Source: Clostridiales bacterium (GTDB taxonomy: Bacteria > Bacillota > Clostridia > Caldicoprobacterales > UBA3941). From it: DNA of 64,000 bases. Location: contig JAAYSJ010000191.1 of assembly GCA_012518395.1 (NCBI GenBank), positions 1,550 through 65,549 on the forward strand. The letters run 5' to 3'. How positions within the stretch are numbered: position 1 is the first letter of the stretch; every line of letters begins with the position of its first letter. The translations under genes and the position numbers were made by a program. Below are positions 39,146-49,800 of the stretch, one piece after another. The notes beneath the pieces were generated by a model. That model was not told the origin of the DNA. It made no database searches and was given only the letters and a program-made list of their open reading frames with translations.

Positions 39146-39197
39146 TTAAAAGCCATCACCTTCGGTGGGAAGGATTGGGAACTGGCATATAATGCTT

Positions 39198-39227
39198 AAT
39201 CCAATCCTAAGGTATTGGATTTTTTTA
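39198..39227 (+). terminator. Riboswitch expression-platform terminator
   Basis: AATCCAAT / ATTGGATT stem followed by TTTTTTT. The upstream GGATTGG (39172-39178) could pair with CCAATCC as an alternative structure. Confidence 0.85.
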
Positions 39228-39364
39228 TTTGCATGATTTTCACCCGCTGTATACTTTTTTGGGTAAAACCATATATACCTCTAGGATAGGATCAATTAGT
39301 TTCCTCCCCGTGCTATAATCACTTAACGTTTAAAATTTCCTTGCAAAAGTGGAGGGAATATTTT

Positions 39365-40405
39365 ATGAAAAGAAAAGTTTTAAAAAGTATTTCGTTGCTT
39401 TTTATCCTTGTCTTTATGGTATCTCTGGTGGCAGGGTGCGCTAAACCGGAGACGCCTAAAGTCCAAGATCAAGAGAACACGGTACAAAGCAACGATGCAA
39501 ACGGCCAAGAACAGGCAGACGATCAGGATGACCAGGGGAAATCTGAGTCCCCTGAGGATTTAAATAACTCAGGGGAAACAGGTAATTTTTCCCCCGTAGA
39601 GATAACTGATTCATTGGGCAGAACTATTGTAATAGAAAATCAACCCCAAAAGGTAATATCTATAGCCCCCAATACTACCGAAACGCTTTTTGCCCTGGGT
39701 TTGGGGGATAAGGTGATAGGTGTAAGCCAACAATGTGATTATCCCGAGGAGGCCGTAGCTAAGGATAAAATGGGTGACTTTTGGCAACCCAATATTGAAC
39801 TTATCGTTGCGGCCGATCCCGATCTGCTCTTTGTGGGGAATGCGGCTCCTCAGGAGTTTTTAGAAAAGATGGACGAAAATGATATTGTGACCATTGCGTT
39901 GGAAGGCTTCAATTTGGAGGGAACATATCAATCCATTCTGGATACCGGTAAGGCTATGGGAACAGAAGATGCCGCAGCTTATCTGGTAGATTCAATGAAA
40001 AAGAAAGTAGTAGAAATTCAGGAAAAGACTGATGGAATTGATAGGCTGAAAGGTTATTTTGCAATATCATACGGCGATATGGGCGATTATACCGCTGGGG
40101 CAGGCAGCTTCATTGATGAGTTGATTACCCTGGCAGGCGGTGAGAATATTGCCGGTGATATGGACGAGCCCTGGGCAGAATATAGCATAGAAAAGCTTTT
40201 GGAAAAGGATCCGGATGTTATCTTTATCGGCGAGCAATCCATGCCCGATGGCCTGGCAGATGCACCGGGCTACAAAGAATTGAGGGCGGTAAAAGAGGGA
40301 CAGATTATAATCTTGGACGATAATATCGTCATGAGGGCAGGACCCAGGATAGTTGAAGGACTGGAAGAAATGGCCAAAGGGATGTACCCGGAAGCTTTTA
40401 ATTAG
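39365..40405 (+). CDS. ABC transporter periplasmic-binding lipoprotein, BtuF/cobalamin-siderophore type
   Basis: Lipobox LVAGC and the cluster A-II binding-protein blocks (ISIAPNTTETLFALGLGDKVIGV; DPDLLFV; DPDVIFI). ATG at 39365 follows GGAGGG. Confidence 0.85.
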   Translation: MKRKVLKSISLLFILVFMVSLVAGCAKPETPKVQDQENTVQSNDANGQEQADDQDDQGKSESPEDLNNSGETGNFSPVEITDSLGRTIVIENQPQKVISIAPNTTETLFALGLGDKVIGVSQQCDYPEEAVAKDKMGDFWQPNIELIVAADPDLLFVGNAAPQEFLEKMDENDIVTIALEGFNLEGTYQSILDTGKAMGTEDAAAYLVDSMKKKVVEIQEKTDGIDRLKGYFAISYGDMGDYTAGAGSFIDELITLAGGENIAGDMDEPWAEYSIEKLLEKDPDVIFIGEQSMPDGLADAPGYKELRAVKEGQIIILDDNIVMRAGPRIVEGLEEMAKGMYPEAFN

Positions 40406-40452
40406 GGTTTATAAATAGAAGCATATTTAAAGCAAAGGATGGGGGAATTATA

Positions 40453-41499
40453 TTGGCTTATATCCATAAGAAAAAGCGCTATAGAAGTATTTTTATTCTG
40501 CTCACTTTGCTGATGCTTTTTATAATTATTGCCGGCTGCTCTATTGGCGCAGCCAATTTGACTGTGGGGGATGCATTGAAGATTATCCTCCAGAGGGTGC
40601 CATATATAGGATCAATACTTGTAAAGAAGCCGATAGCGGGATCTTCGGAATCAATTATATGGAAGGTTAGGATGCCCAGGGTGCTCTTAGCAGGTATCGT
40701 AGGGGCTGCCCTGGCCTTTTCCGGAACCGTATATCAGGGACTTTTTAAAAACCCCATGGCAGAATCTTTTGTGCTTGGTGTATCGGCGGGGGCGGCTCTT
40801 GGGGGGGCTGTAGGCATCATCTTTGGAATACCAGGTATTTTAGGCGTTGGGGGCACCGGCCTTGCGGCATTTTTAGGTGCCCTCAGTGCTGTATTCTTAG
40901 TATATCAATTGGGTGGAACCGGTGGCAGGGTGTCTATGACCAGGTTATTGCTGGCGGGTATAGCTGTAAATTTTATGTTATCTGCTATGATTTCTTTGCT
41001 TATGATCTTTAACCGCCAGAGAATGGATAATATTATCATGTGGACTATGGGTAGCTTTTCCAACGCCACATGGGATAAGGTGTTATTGTCTGCTATAGCA
41101 GTTTCTGTAGGGATAGGGGTGATTAGCTTTTTTGCCAGGGACTTAAACCTTATGCTTTTGGGGGATGAGGAAGCAAAAAATCTTGGGGTAGATATAGAAA
41201 AAACCAAAAAGTTATTGTTGGCTCTGTCCTCTTTCATTGCAGCTATTGCCGTATCCGTAAGCGGTATAATCGGCTTTGTAGGGCTGATCGTACCCCATGC
41301 CATAAGGATGGCGACAGATCCGGATCATAGAGTAGTACTGCCCTATTCTGCCGTAGTAGGGGCTATATTTTTAATTTTGTCCGACACCCTGGCCAGGACA
41401 CTGGCTGGACCTATGGAGATTCCTGTGGGGATAATTACAGCCCTGGCGGGGGCTCCTTTCTTTTTATATCTATTATCCAAAAATAGAAGGGCAATGTAG
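40453..41499 (+). CDS. FecCD/BtuC-family ABC permease
   Basis: RMPRVLLAGIVGAALAFSGTVYQGLFKNPMAE and GIIGFVGLIVPH blocks. About 10 TM segments. Confidence 0.9.
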   Translation: MAYIHKKKRYRSIFILLTLLMLFIIIAGCSIGAANLTVGDALKIILQRVPYIGSILVKKPIAGSSESIIWKVRMPRVLLAGIVGAALAFSGTVYQGLFKNPMAESFVLGVSAGAALGGAVGIIFGIPGILGVGGTGLAAFLGALSAVFLVYQLGGTGGRVSMTRLLLAGIAVNFMLSAMISLLMIFNRQRMDNIIMWTMGSFSNATWDKVLLSAIAVSVGIGVISFFARDLNLMLLGDEEAKNLGVDIEKTKKLLLALSSFIAAIAVSVSGIIGFVGLIVPHAIRMATDPDHRVVLPYSAVVGAIFLILSDTLARTLAGPMEIPVGIITALAGAPFFLYLLSKNRRAM

Positions 41500-41584
41500 G
41501 TATAACGCATTAAGAACATCGTAGTCATTACACAGAGAATGACGAATTTATTATAAATAAGTTAAGCACATGGAGGGAGTATCC

Positions 41585-42412
41585 ATGATATCCAGGGAAA
41601 ATCCCAAGACGGCTATAGAGGTTAGAGGCCTAAGCTGGCAGGCAGAGGACATAAAAATATTAGAGGGTATAGGACTGGAAGTGTCAAAAAACAGTTTTGT
41701 AGGGATAATTGGCCCCAATGGCTCCGGGAAAACCAGCCTGTTAAGATATATAAGCGCTTGGTATAAACCCCAAGCAGAAACTGTTTTTTTGTATGGGGGG
41801 GATATATTATCTCGTCGGGGAAAGGAATTATCCAGAGAGATAGCCGTTATAGCCCAAAACATGGCTATAGAATTTGATTTTACTGCCATGGACGTAGTAT
41901 TGATGGGTCGTTTTCCCCATATCTCTAGGTTTGGCAGCGAAGGCCAGGAGGATATTGAAAAAACCAAAAATGTTATGGAATTGACGGGGACTTGGGATCT
42001 GAAAGATAGGCTCGTAACAAACTTAAGCGGGGGCGAGCTCCAAAGGGTAATGATAGCCAGGGCATTGGCTCAGGAAACCTCTATTCTTTTGATGGATGAA
42101 CCTATATCCAACCTCGATATTAGCTATCAGGTAGAAATTATGGATTTAATAAAAGGATACCAGCAAGAAAAGGGATTGACGGTTATAACAGTGCTCCATG
42201 ATCTCAATATTGCAGCCCAATATTGTGAACGGCTGATACTTCTCAACAAGGGTGAAGTTTATTGCCAAGGGAAGCCGGAAAAAGTATTAACAAAAGAGAA
42301 TATCAAAGCAGTATACGGCATAGATGTCCACATAATAGAGAACCCGTCACAGGGATTTCCTTATATTATGCCGGTATTTTCTATACATGAGGGGAAAAAT
42401 AATATAGAATAA
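41585..42412 (+). CDS. ABC transporter ATP-binding protein (BtuD/FepC type)
   Basis: GPNGSGKTS Walker A, LSGGELQRV signature and LLMDEP Walker B. ATG at 41585 follows GGAGGGAG. Confidence 0.9.
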   Translation: MISRENPKTAIEVRGLSWQAEDIKILEGIGLEVSKNSFVGIIGPNGSGKTSLLRYISAWYKPQAETVFLYGGDILSRRGKELSREIAVIAQNMAIEFDFTAMDVVLMGRFPHISRFGSEGQEDIEKTKNVMELTGTWDLKDRLVTNLSGGELQRVMIARALAQETSILLMDEPISNLDISYQVEIMDLIKGYQQEKGLTVITVLHDLNIAAQYCERLILLNKGEVYCQGKPEKVLTKENIKAVYGIDVHIIENPSQGFPYIMPVFSIHEGKNNIE

Positions 42413-42511
42413 CGGTATGGAAAAAGTTCAGGTAAATTATTGCTATTCTATCGGTAACTTTACAGAGATCGTATCGACTGACAGAAGCATTACAGGAGAG
42501 GAAATTATTAA

Positions 42512-42970
42512 ATGGTTATAGGTGTAATATCGGATACTCACGGTAAGCTAACGAAACAGGCTTTGGAAGCATTAAAGGGCAGTGAAATAATTATACATGC
42601 GGGGGATGTAGGCGGGGCAGAGATATTGAAGGCTTTGGAGGAAGTCGCTCCTGTATATGCAGTTAGGGGTAATACCGACATTAGCGAATGGGGCAGAACT
42701 CTGCCAATGACCCAAATGCTGGAGGCGGGGGGCAAAACAATCTATGTTCTTCATGATATTGCGACTATGGATTTGAACCCACAGGCAGCGAACATTGACA
42801 TTGTTATATACGGGCACTCCCATATACCTAAGGAAGAACGACAAGACGGTATATTATATTTTAACCCGGGCAGCGCCGGCCCAAGAAGGTTTCGGCTACC
42901 TGTCTGTCTAGGCCGGATAAGGGTGGAGAATGGGGAAATAGATGCACAGTGGATAAATCTTGACCGATGA
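42512..42970 (+). CDS. YfcE/MJ0936-family metallophosphoesterase
   Basis: ISDTHG, HAGD, RGNTD and GHSH motifs in canonical order. 152 aa. Confidence 0.88.
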   Translation: MVIGVISDTHGKLTKQALEALKGSEIIIHAGDVGGAEILKALEEVAPVYAVRGNTDISEWGRTLPMTQMLEAGGKTIYVLHDIATMDLNPQAANIDIVIYGHSHIPKEERQDGILYFNPGSAGPRRFRLPVCLGRIRVENGEIDAQWINLDR

Positions 42971-43170
42971 AATGGAATATACAAACTTTATTTTTAATAG
43001 GGATAGCTTATGTTAATTTGAACGATTATGGGAGCTATCAGACAGTGCGATGCTTTCATAAATTTCATCTTTTTTATTGATCTGAATTTGCAATGTGATC
43101 AAATCAGAATACAATTAATTAGTCTTAAATACTTTATATCGGCATACAATGTCTAATCCCATTTAATGGA

Positions 43171-43199
43171 TTGTCCTGTATTTGAATAGATGTTAAAAT
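43171..43199 (+). promoter_or_regulatory. Candidate promoter TTGTCC-N17-(TGt)TAAAAT for the methyltransferase/helicase operon
   Basis: Extended -10 TGTTAAAAT at 43191-43199 and a -35-like TTGTCC at 43171-43176. It would give a ~90-nt 5' UTR. Confidence 0.4.
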
Positions 43200-43293
43200 A
43201 TAAATACAACTTTGCACACGACACATAATAAAAGGCAAATTGGTTTGGGTTTTAATAGATACTTGACTTTAGTTGTAATAAAGGGGTGGCAAT

Positions 43294-46200
43294 GTGAAGG
43301 CGGCGTTAAAAAAATGGGGGGATCTTTGCAGGGGGTTCGCCCCTGAACTACTGGCCAACATCTTACGTATTGCAGCGCCTAGTTTTAGGCTGGCACGTGC
43401 TTCACTTGATAGCTTTATTAAAGAGGATGGGCTTGATACGGCTGATCAAATAGGCGTTATTGAACTGTCAGATTCTCAAACAGTAATTGTTAGCGTTGTA
43501 AAGGTTAAAGGTGAACTTACTGCTCGTTCAGGTAAACGCAAACAATATGACCTGGCCAGGCGCGTTCTCAGGCATGACCATCATAATGCTGGCATCTTTG
43601 CTTTTTATGATAATGGCGGTCGTTTCAGGTTCTCTTTGGTGACAGCTACCTATTATGGAACACAAAGGCAGTATAGCACCTTTAAACGATATACGTTTTT
43701 TATCGATCCAGAGTTGCCCAATAAAACCTTTTTGCAACAAATGAAGGATGCCAATTTTTCAGAGATGTCGGGCATCTTGGAGACCTTCTCCCTTGAAGCC
43801 GTTTCGGATGAATTTTATAAGGATTTCAAGAACAGCTTTGATATTTTGGCAACTGCTGTACAAGGTACGAAAAAGGGAGGGCTTAAAGAAGATGTAGCTC
43901 TGCTTTTTGCTGTCCGTATCATATTCCTGGGCTTCGTACAAAAAAAGGGGTGGCTTGGGGATAACCCCCAATTCCTGCAGGATTTCTGGCTGGAGTATAG
44001 ACAATCAGGCAATGTTGATACTTTTTATAAGGAATGGCTGGAACCGCTTTTTTTCGAAGCGCTGAATTCACCCCCTGGGCGTAAGGTAGCATATGGGCAT
44101 GAACCCTTTTCAAAAGAAACGCAAAAAGTGCTTCAAATGGCTCCCTATCTAAATGGTGAATTGTTTAAACGCAAACAGGGTGTAGATAACCATGGGCTTT
44201 GGATACCTGATGAACCCATCGGCGGATTTTTTGATTTCCTTTTTCAGTATAACTTTACAGTTGAGGAGAATGAGCTCTATGATGAGGAATTAGAACTCAA
44301 TCCCGAATTTTTAGGAATTATTTTCGAGCGTATTACTAACAAAGATCAGGGTGCGGTTTATACGCCCCGTATGGAAGTGGATTTGATGTGCCGACTGGCT
44401 CTTGTTAAATGGTTGCAACAAACGACCAATATTGACAAAAAGGATCTATACCGTCTTTTTTTCAGGGAGGCCGGCACCGAGGAAGTCTATGATGAATACC
44501 AGAAACAGGGTGATTTCTCCCAAAACGAGATAAGGGTATTGATTGAGAGGCTGGAGAATGTCACCGTATGTGATCCGGCAGCTGGATCAGGAGCCTTTGA
44601 AGTTGGTATGCTGCAGGTTTTGGAACAAGTGTTGGAAAATCTGTATTCTCGCAACAACACGCCCAAAGACCTTAAAACCGGGGATCTCAGCCCGTTTAAA
44701 CGCAAAAAAGCTATCATTGCCCGTTCCCTTTACGGTGTTGAAGTGAAGCGATGGGCTGTATGGATTAACCATCTACGCCTGTGGTTAACCCTTTTTGTGG
44801 ATATGCCTGACGATAGAAAAGGCTCTTTCGAGCCCTTGCTGCCCAACCTAAGCTTTAAGGTTCGTACTGGTGATTCACTAATACAGCGTATCGGTAGCAA
44901 AACCTTTCCTGTATGGGGACATGCTAACTTGTCTGCGGATATCAAACGAAAAATTACACTGCTTAAAGAGAAAAAACGCGATTTCTTCTATAATAGAAAT
45001 ACGAATCACCGCCTTATTGAGCAGGAAGAATTGGCTGTTTTCCGAGCCGTCCTAGACGAGGAAATTATGGAGCACCAAAAGAGAATCCGTGACCTGAATC
45101 GACCGGATGGAGAGCAACTTGCTTTATTCGAAAAAGATTATGAACAAATCGGGTTCGATTTTACTGAAAAGATTAAAGCCGAGTGTGCTAACTTAAAGGC
45201 TGAGATAGACGAACTGCAGGCCCAAAAGCAAAGTTTGAAAGATGAGCGTCCTTTTGTTTGGAGCATTGAATTTGCTGAGATCTTCTTCGAGCGTGGGGGC
45301 TTTGATATAATCATTGGAAATCCACCTTATTTGCGCCAGGAGGAAATTAGCGATCCTAACAATAAAATAGTTGAACCCCAAGCTTATAAGGATGCCCTTT
45401 TTGAAATGTTGCGGTTTGATTTTCCTGATTATTTCGCCAAATCAAAGGCGGATCTGGGCAGCTTTAAAAAGGCACGAAAACCCAGCGGCCGTTCAGATCT
45501 TTACACTTATTTTTATATACGGTCCCTGAGGCTCCTAAATACCCAAGGTATACATATTTTTATCTGTTCCAATTCATGGCTGGACGTAGGCTATGGTACC
45601 TGGCTACAGGAATTCTTTTTAAGGCAGGCTCCACTCCACCTTGTGATTGATAACCATGCTCGCCGCTCCTTTGCCCGTGCGGATGTCAATACGGTTATAA
45701 CCGTGGCTGGTGCGCCAAAACAAGTTAATTTAGAACATGTGACAAGATTTGTTGCCTTTAAACAGCCCTTTGAAGATGTTGTACTCTCTGACAACCTCCT
45801 AGATATCGAGGAGGCGACCACGACTTTGCGAGACGAGCGTTTTCGTGTTTTCCCGATTACCGCAGGGGAATTGCTCTGGGGGGGTTCGGAAGCAGACCAA
45901 GATTTAGCAAACCAAGTATCTGATAGAAATATAAATCAGCTTGGCAAATACCTGGGTGATAAATGGGGTGGTAAATACCTGCGTGCTCCGGATATCTTTT
46001 TTACTATTCTGGAAAAGGGCAAGGATAAGCTGGTGCGCTTAGGGGATATCGCTAAAGTCCGCTTTGGTATCAAAACTGGAGCCAATGATTTTTTCTATCT
46101 AGAACCATTGGGTGCCGGCTCTCGACCGGATTTGGTGCGAGTGCGCAACGGGGCTGGTTGGGAAGGGGAACTCGAGGAACAATTTCTCAAACCGGTTATC

Positions 46201-46890
46201 AAAAGTCCCCGGGAATGTCGTAGTATAATGATTAAGCCGGAGGATCTTAAGTATCGTATTTTTATGTGCCATAAGGATAAGGCTGAACTTAAGGGGGCTA
46301 TGGTTCTAAAGTATATCCAGTGGGGGGAACAGCAAGGATATCATCAACGACCTTCAACCCACTCACGCCGGATATGGTGGGATTTAGGGGATAAAAAATC
46401 ACCTAAAGGAATTATTCCATGTTCATTTAGAAAAGTATTTACTGCTTACATTAATTCCCCTGCGATTTATACTGATAAACGGTTATATGAACATAATGGT
46501 AACAAGCCCATTACTTTACAGCTGAATTCAATATTATTCCCCTTATTTTTAGAAATCCAATCTCGCTCTTATGGCGGGGGGGGAGGTCCAATCGATGCCA
46601 CTGTTGAGGAAATGAATGCTATTTTTATATTAGAGAAATTAACTTTTCCTAATAGCATAACTGAAATTTATCCGTTGAGACAAAATAAGGATATTTTTAC
46701 CGAATGCGGTATCAACCCCGAATCTGAAATTCCTATCTCCGAGCAGGAACCAAACCCATTGCCTGATAGGAAAGCATTGGATGATATGGTTTTCGATGCT
46801 CTAGGACTTACCGGAGAAGAACGCAAGGAAGTCTATCGGGCGGTCTGTCAATTGGTTTGGGAGCGTATCAGCAAAGCGAGGAGCGTATAG
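43294..46890 (+). CDS. Large gamma-class N6-adenine DNA methyltransferase with TRD (Eco57I/PglX-like architecture), no recognisable nuclease domain
   Basis: 1198 aa. Motif X AVYTPR (44353-44370) and motif I VCDPAAGSGAF (44566-44598). YGVEVKRWAVWINHLRLWL. FVWSIEFAEIFFERGGFDIIIGNPPY with GNPPY at 45316-45330. TRD-like RLGDIAKVRFGIKTGANDFFYL. GTG start after AAAGGGG. Confidence 0.9.
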   Translation: MKAALKKWGDLCRGFAPELLANILRIAAPSFRLARASLDSFIKEDGLDTADQIGVIELSDSQTVIVSVVKVKGELTARSGKRKQYDLARRVLRHDHHNAGIFAFYDNGGRFRFSLVTATYYGTQRQYSTFKRYTFFIDPELPNKTFLQQMKDANFSEMSGILETFSLEAVSDEFYKDFKNSFDILATAVQGTKKGGLKEDVALLFAVRIIFLGFVQKKGWLGDNPQFLQDFWLEYRQSGNVDTFYKEWLEPLFFEALNSPPGRKVAYGHEPFSKETQKVLQMAPYLNGELFKRKQGVDNHGLWIPDEPIGGFFDFLFQYNFTVEENELYDEELELNPEFLGIIFERITNKDQGAVYTPRMEVDLMCRLALVKWLQQTTNIDKKDLYRLFFREAGTEEVYDEYQKQGDFSQNEIRVLIERLENVTVCDPAAGSGAFEVGMLQVLEQVLENLYSRNNTPKDLKTGDLSPFKRKKAIIARSLYGVEVKRWAVWINHLRLWLTLFVDMPDDRKGSFEPLLPNLSFKVRTGDSLIQRIGSKTFPVWGHANLSADIKRKITLLKEKKRDFFYNRNTNHRLIEQEELAVFRAVLDEEIMEHQKRIRDLNRPDGEQLALFEKDYEQIGFDFTEKIKAECANLKAEIDELQAQKQSLKDERPFVWSIEFAEIFFERGGFDIIIGNPPYLRQEEISDPNNKIVEPQAYKDALFEMLRFDFPDYFAKSKADLGSFKKARKPSGRSDLYTYFYIRSLRLLNTQGIHIFICSNSWLDVGYGTWLQEFFLRQAPLHLVIDNHARRSFARADVNTVITVAGAPKQVNLEHVTRFVAFKQPFEDVVLSDNLLDIEEATTTLRDERFRVFPITAGELLWGGSEADQDLANQVSDRNINQLGKYLGDKWGGKYLRAPDIFFTILEKGKDKLVRLGDIAKVRFGIKTGANDFFYLEPLGAGSRPDLVRVRNGAGWEGELEEQFLKPVIKSPRECRSIMIKPEDLKYRIFMCHKDKAELKGAMVLKYIQWGEQQGYHQRPSTHSRRIWWDLGDKKSPKGIIPCSFRKVFTAYINSPAIYTDKRLYEHNGNKPITLQLNSILFPLFLEIQSRSYGGGGGPIDATVEEMNAIFILEKLTFPNSITEIYPLRQNKDIFTECGINPESEIPISEQEPNPLPDRKALDDMVFDALGLTGEERKEVYRAVCQLVWERISKARSV

Positions 46891-46894
46891 TTAA

Positions 46895-49800
46895 ATGGCT
46901 TATAATTTTATCACCAACGCCCGGCAGCGCAGCTTAAAAGGGCGTCTGCATACACTAATTAAACATAGTCAGGAGCTTAAATTTCTGGTTGGATTTTTCT
47001 ATTTTTCGGGCTGGCGAGAACTTTACGGTGCGTTAAAAGACCGCGATGATTTGAACATAAAAATTTTGGTAGGGCTGGACACTGACTTGCATTTGGGCAG
47101 GGTATTGGAGGTGGCTGATCACGAAGCTGATACCCGGACTCAGCAGGAACTGGTGGGGCGATTTTTTGCTTCTTTGCGAATAGCACTGCAGGATGAAGTT
47201 TTGGATACCCAGGAATTTTATGAGCAGGTCTCCTTCTTTTTATGCCTTTTGGAAAATGGCCAGCTGCAGATACGAAAAACTTTTGATCCCAATCACGCAA
47301 AGCTTTATCTATTCCATTTAGACGATGCTGGACAATCCCTGGTTAATGCCCCCGGGCGCTTTATAACCGGCTCGAGTAATTTAACCCGTAGCGGTCTTTT
47401 AGGACAATATGAGTTTAATGTGGAAATAGGGGATTACGGATGGGAGGATGCAGAAGCATATTTCGATGACTTGTGGTTTACAGCCATTCCCATTAGTGAA
47501 TTAGACGACCGCAAGGAACAGATTATCCGCATTATTCGCCGTCAAACCCAGGTGGCGGAGGTCAGTCCCTTTGAGGCTTATGTTTTAGTACTCAAAACTT
47601 ACCTTGATTTGATGGCACAAAAGACCCTTAGGCCACAGATCAAGCGATTGATGGAAGAACGGGGTTACAAGATTTATCGCTACCAGGAAGATGCTGTGCA
47701 ACAGGCTCTGACTGTTCTGGAGGAATACGGCGGCGTGATTCTGGCTGATGTGGTTGGGCTGGGGAAATCGGTCATTGCCAGTTGGCTTGCCAGAGAGCGC
47801 AGGGGACGGGGGCTGGTTATCTGCCCTCCGGCTTTGATTGGAGATCGGCAAACTAGATCAACCGGTTGGTATAAGTATCTTAACGATTTTGGGCTTTATG
47901 ATTGGGAGGTTCATTCCGTAGGCGCCTTGGACAAAGTGCAGGAATTTTTGATGCTGTATGGTGATGACTTCAATACCATCATAGTAGATGAGGCGCATCG
48001 CTTCCGCAATGAGGACACGGAAGCCTATGAACGTCTGAGCCAGATTTGTGCTAATCGGAGCGTCATCTTGCTTACGGCTACTCCTTTTAATAACGCTCCA
48101 GCGGACATCTTTGCCCTGCTCAAGCTATTTATTCCGCCAGGCAAATCAACCCTGACCTTAGATGAGAGATTATCTGCAAGATTTGCCCGCTATAATAGTG
48201 AATTCCGCAAGCTATCCTATATTATACGCTATCATAATGCAGGCGGTGAAAAACAGGCTAGGGCTGAGAATTATTACAAAGAAATTTTTGAACTTCCACC
48301 CCCCATCGATGTTCCCCGCACAAAGCACCGAGTCAAACAATTAGCGGATGAAATACGTACTGTCATAGAGCCTGTTATCATTCGTCGCAATCGATTGGAT
48401 CTAAAACGGGATCCGTTATACGCCCAGGAACTAACTGCACTCTCAGATGTAGCAGATCCAATTGAGCTTTTCTACGAGCTAACCCCTGAACAATCGGCCT
48501 TCTATGAACAGGTGATTAATGAATATTTTGGTGAAGAAGGGCGGTTTCGGGGTGCTATATACCAGCCATATGCTTATGAGAAACGCAGCGAATTGGCGAA
48601 ATTGGACGAAGGGGGTAACTTCACTTTTCAACAGCAACGTAACTTGTATGAATTCATGCGCCGCATGTTGGTTAAGCGTTTTGAAAGTTCCTTCGGTGCT
48701 TTTGCTAAAAGCGTAGACAATTTTATCCGTGTTCATTCAATCGTTTTATCCTTTATTGAAAAGACGGGTCGGTATATCCTGGACAGAAAATTGATTGAAA
48801 AAGTTTGGGAGGAAGACGAGGAGGTAATCGAGGAGGCCCTGCAACAATTTGCTGAACGTCTTTTAGAAGAGGATATAGATCTGCGTTACAACCGAATCTA
48901 TACTATAGAAGAATTCGAAGAACCAAAACAATTCTATGACGATATCCGGTCTGATTTAGAATTACTCCAACTTATTGCTGAACGGGTATCAGCCCTTGAG
49001 CTTGTATCGAAGGATCCAAAAAGCGAACGTTTAATAGATGCCCTTCAGGAGATACTAGAAACCCGGACTGGGAATGGTGAACCAATCCGTAAGATTGTAA
49101 TATTCAGTGAATATTCGGATACGATCCAACATATTGCCCCTATATTGCAGACTGCCTTCCCAGAGCGTGTCCTCGCAGCTGAGGGCTCCCTTGGAAAACG
49201 GTTTTTTAACGATCTTCTTGCCAACTTCGATGCCAGCCATCCTATAAAAAAACAGCATAATGATTTTGATATCCTTGTTGCAACTGACAAATTATCCGAA
49301 GGGGTAAACCTAAACAGAGCCGGTGCTGTAATAAACTACGACATTCCCTGGAATCCAACCCGGGTGATCCAACGGCTGGGACGTATCAACCGCATCGGGC
49401 GCAAAGTCTTTCGAACTCTGTTTATATGCAACTTTTTCCCCAGCGAGCAGGGGGCTGAAGTGGTTAAGAGCCGTGAAATTGCTGCACAAAAAATGTTCTT
49501 AATCCATAATACTTTAGGTGAAGATGCCAAAATCTTTGCCCCTGAGGAGACGCCCTCCCCTGCTGAACTTTTCAGACGTATTAACCGCAATCCGGAAGAA
49601 GAAGAGGAGGAAAGCCAGCTGACCACCATCCGTAAGGAATTCTATGCTATTCAAGAGCAACACCCGGATCTTGTCAAAGGGCTGGGGGACTTCCCCGCAC
49701 GTATTAAAACAGCCAAGGCTAATGAACGAAACCAAATGCTGGTTTTTCGTCGTAAAGGTTTACAACTTTTTATCCATAGTGTACCCGACACAGACAGCGA

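Noticed and set aside
4501-41967. Long antisense or embedded ORFs from the track (for example 4501-4899+, 5603-6004+, 5953-6333+, 12437-12859-, 26431-26865-, 31062-31466-, 40905-41303-, 41551-41967-, 24877-25260+)
   Set aside because: Each lies opposite or out of frame within a gene with strong family motifs. They lack an RBS and have Ser/Pro/Arg-rich or low-complexity composition typical of shadow ORFs.
42967-43080. 37-codon ORF (MKWNIQTLFLIGIAYVNLNDYGSYQTVRCFHKFHLFY) overlapping the yfcE-like stop via ATGA
   Set aside because: It has no Shine-Dalgarno sequence, low-complexity AT-rich coding, and nothing to suggest a controller or antitoxin-type protein.
46576-46583. G8 homopolymer inside the methyltransferase gene (YGGGGGP) as a phase-variation switch
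   Set aside because: G7 runs encoding Gly-Gly occur in ordinary genes of this window (for example near 14415, 28686 and 13195) and in an RBS at 9943-9949. G8 is therefore barely above background and shorter than typical phasevarion tracts.
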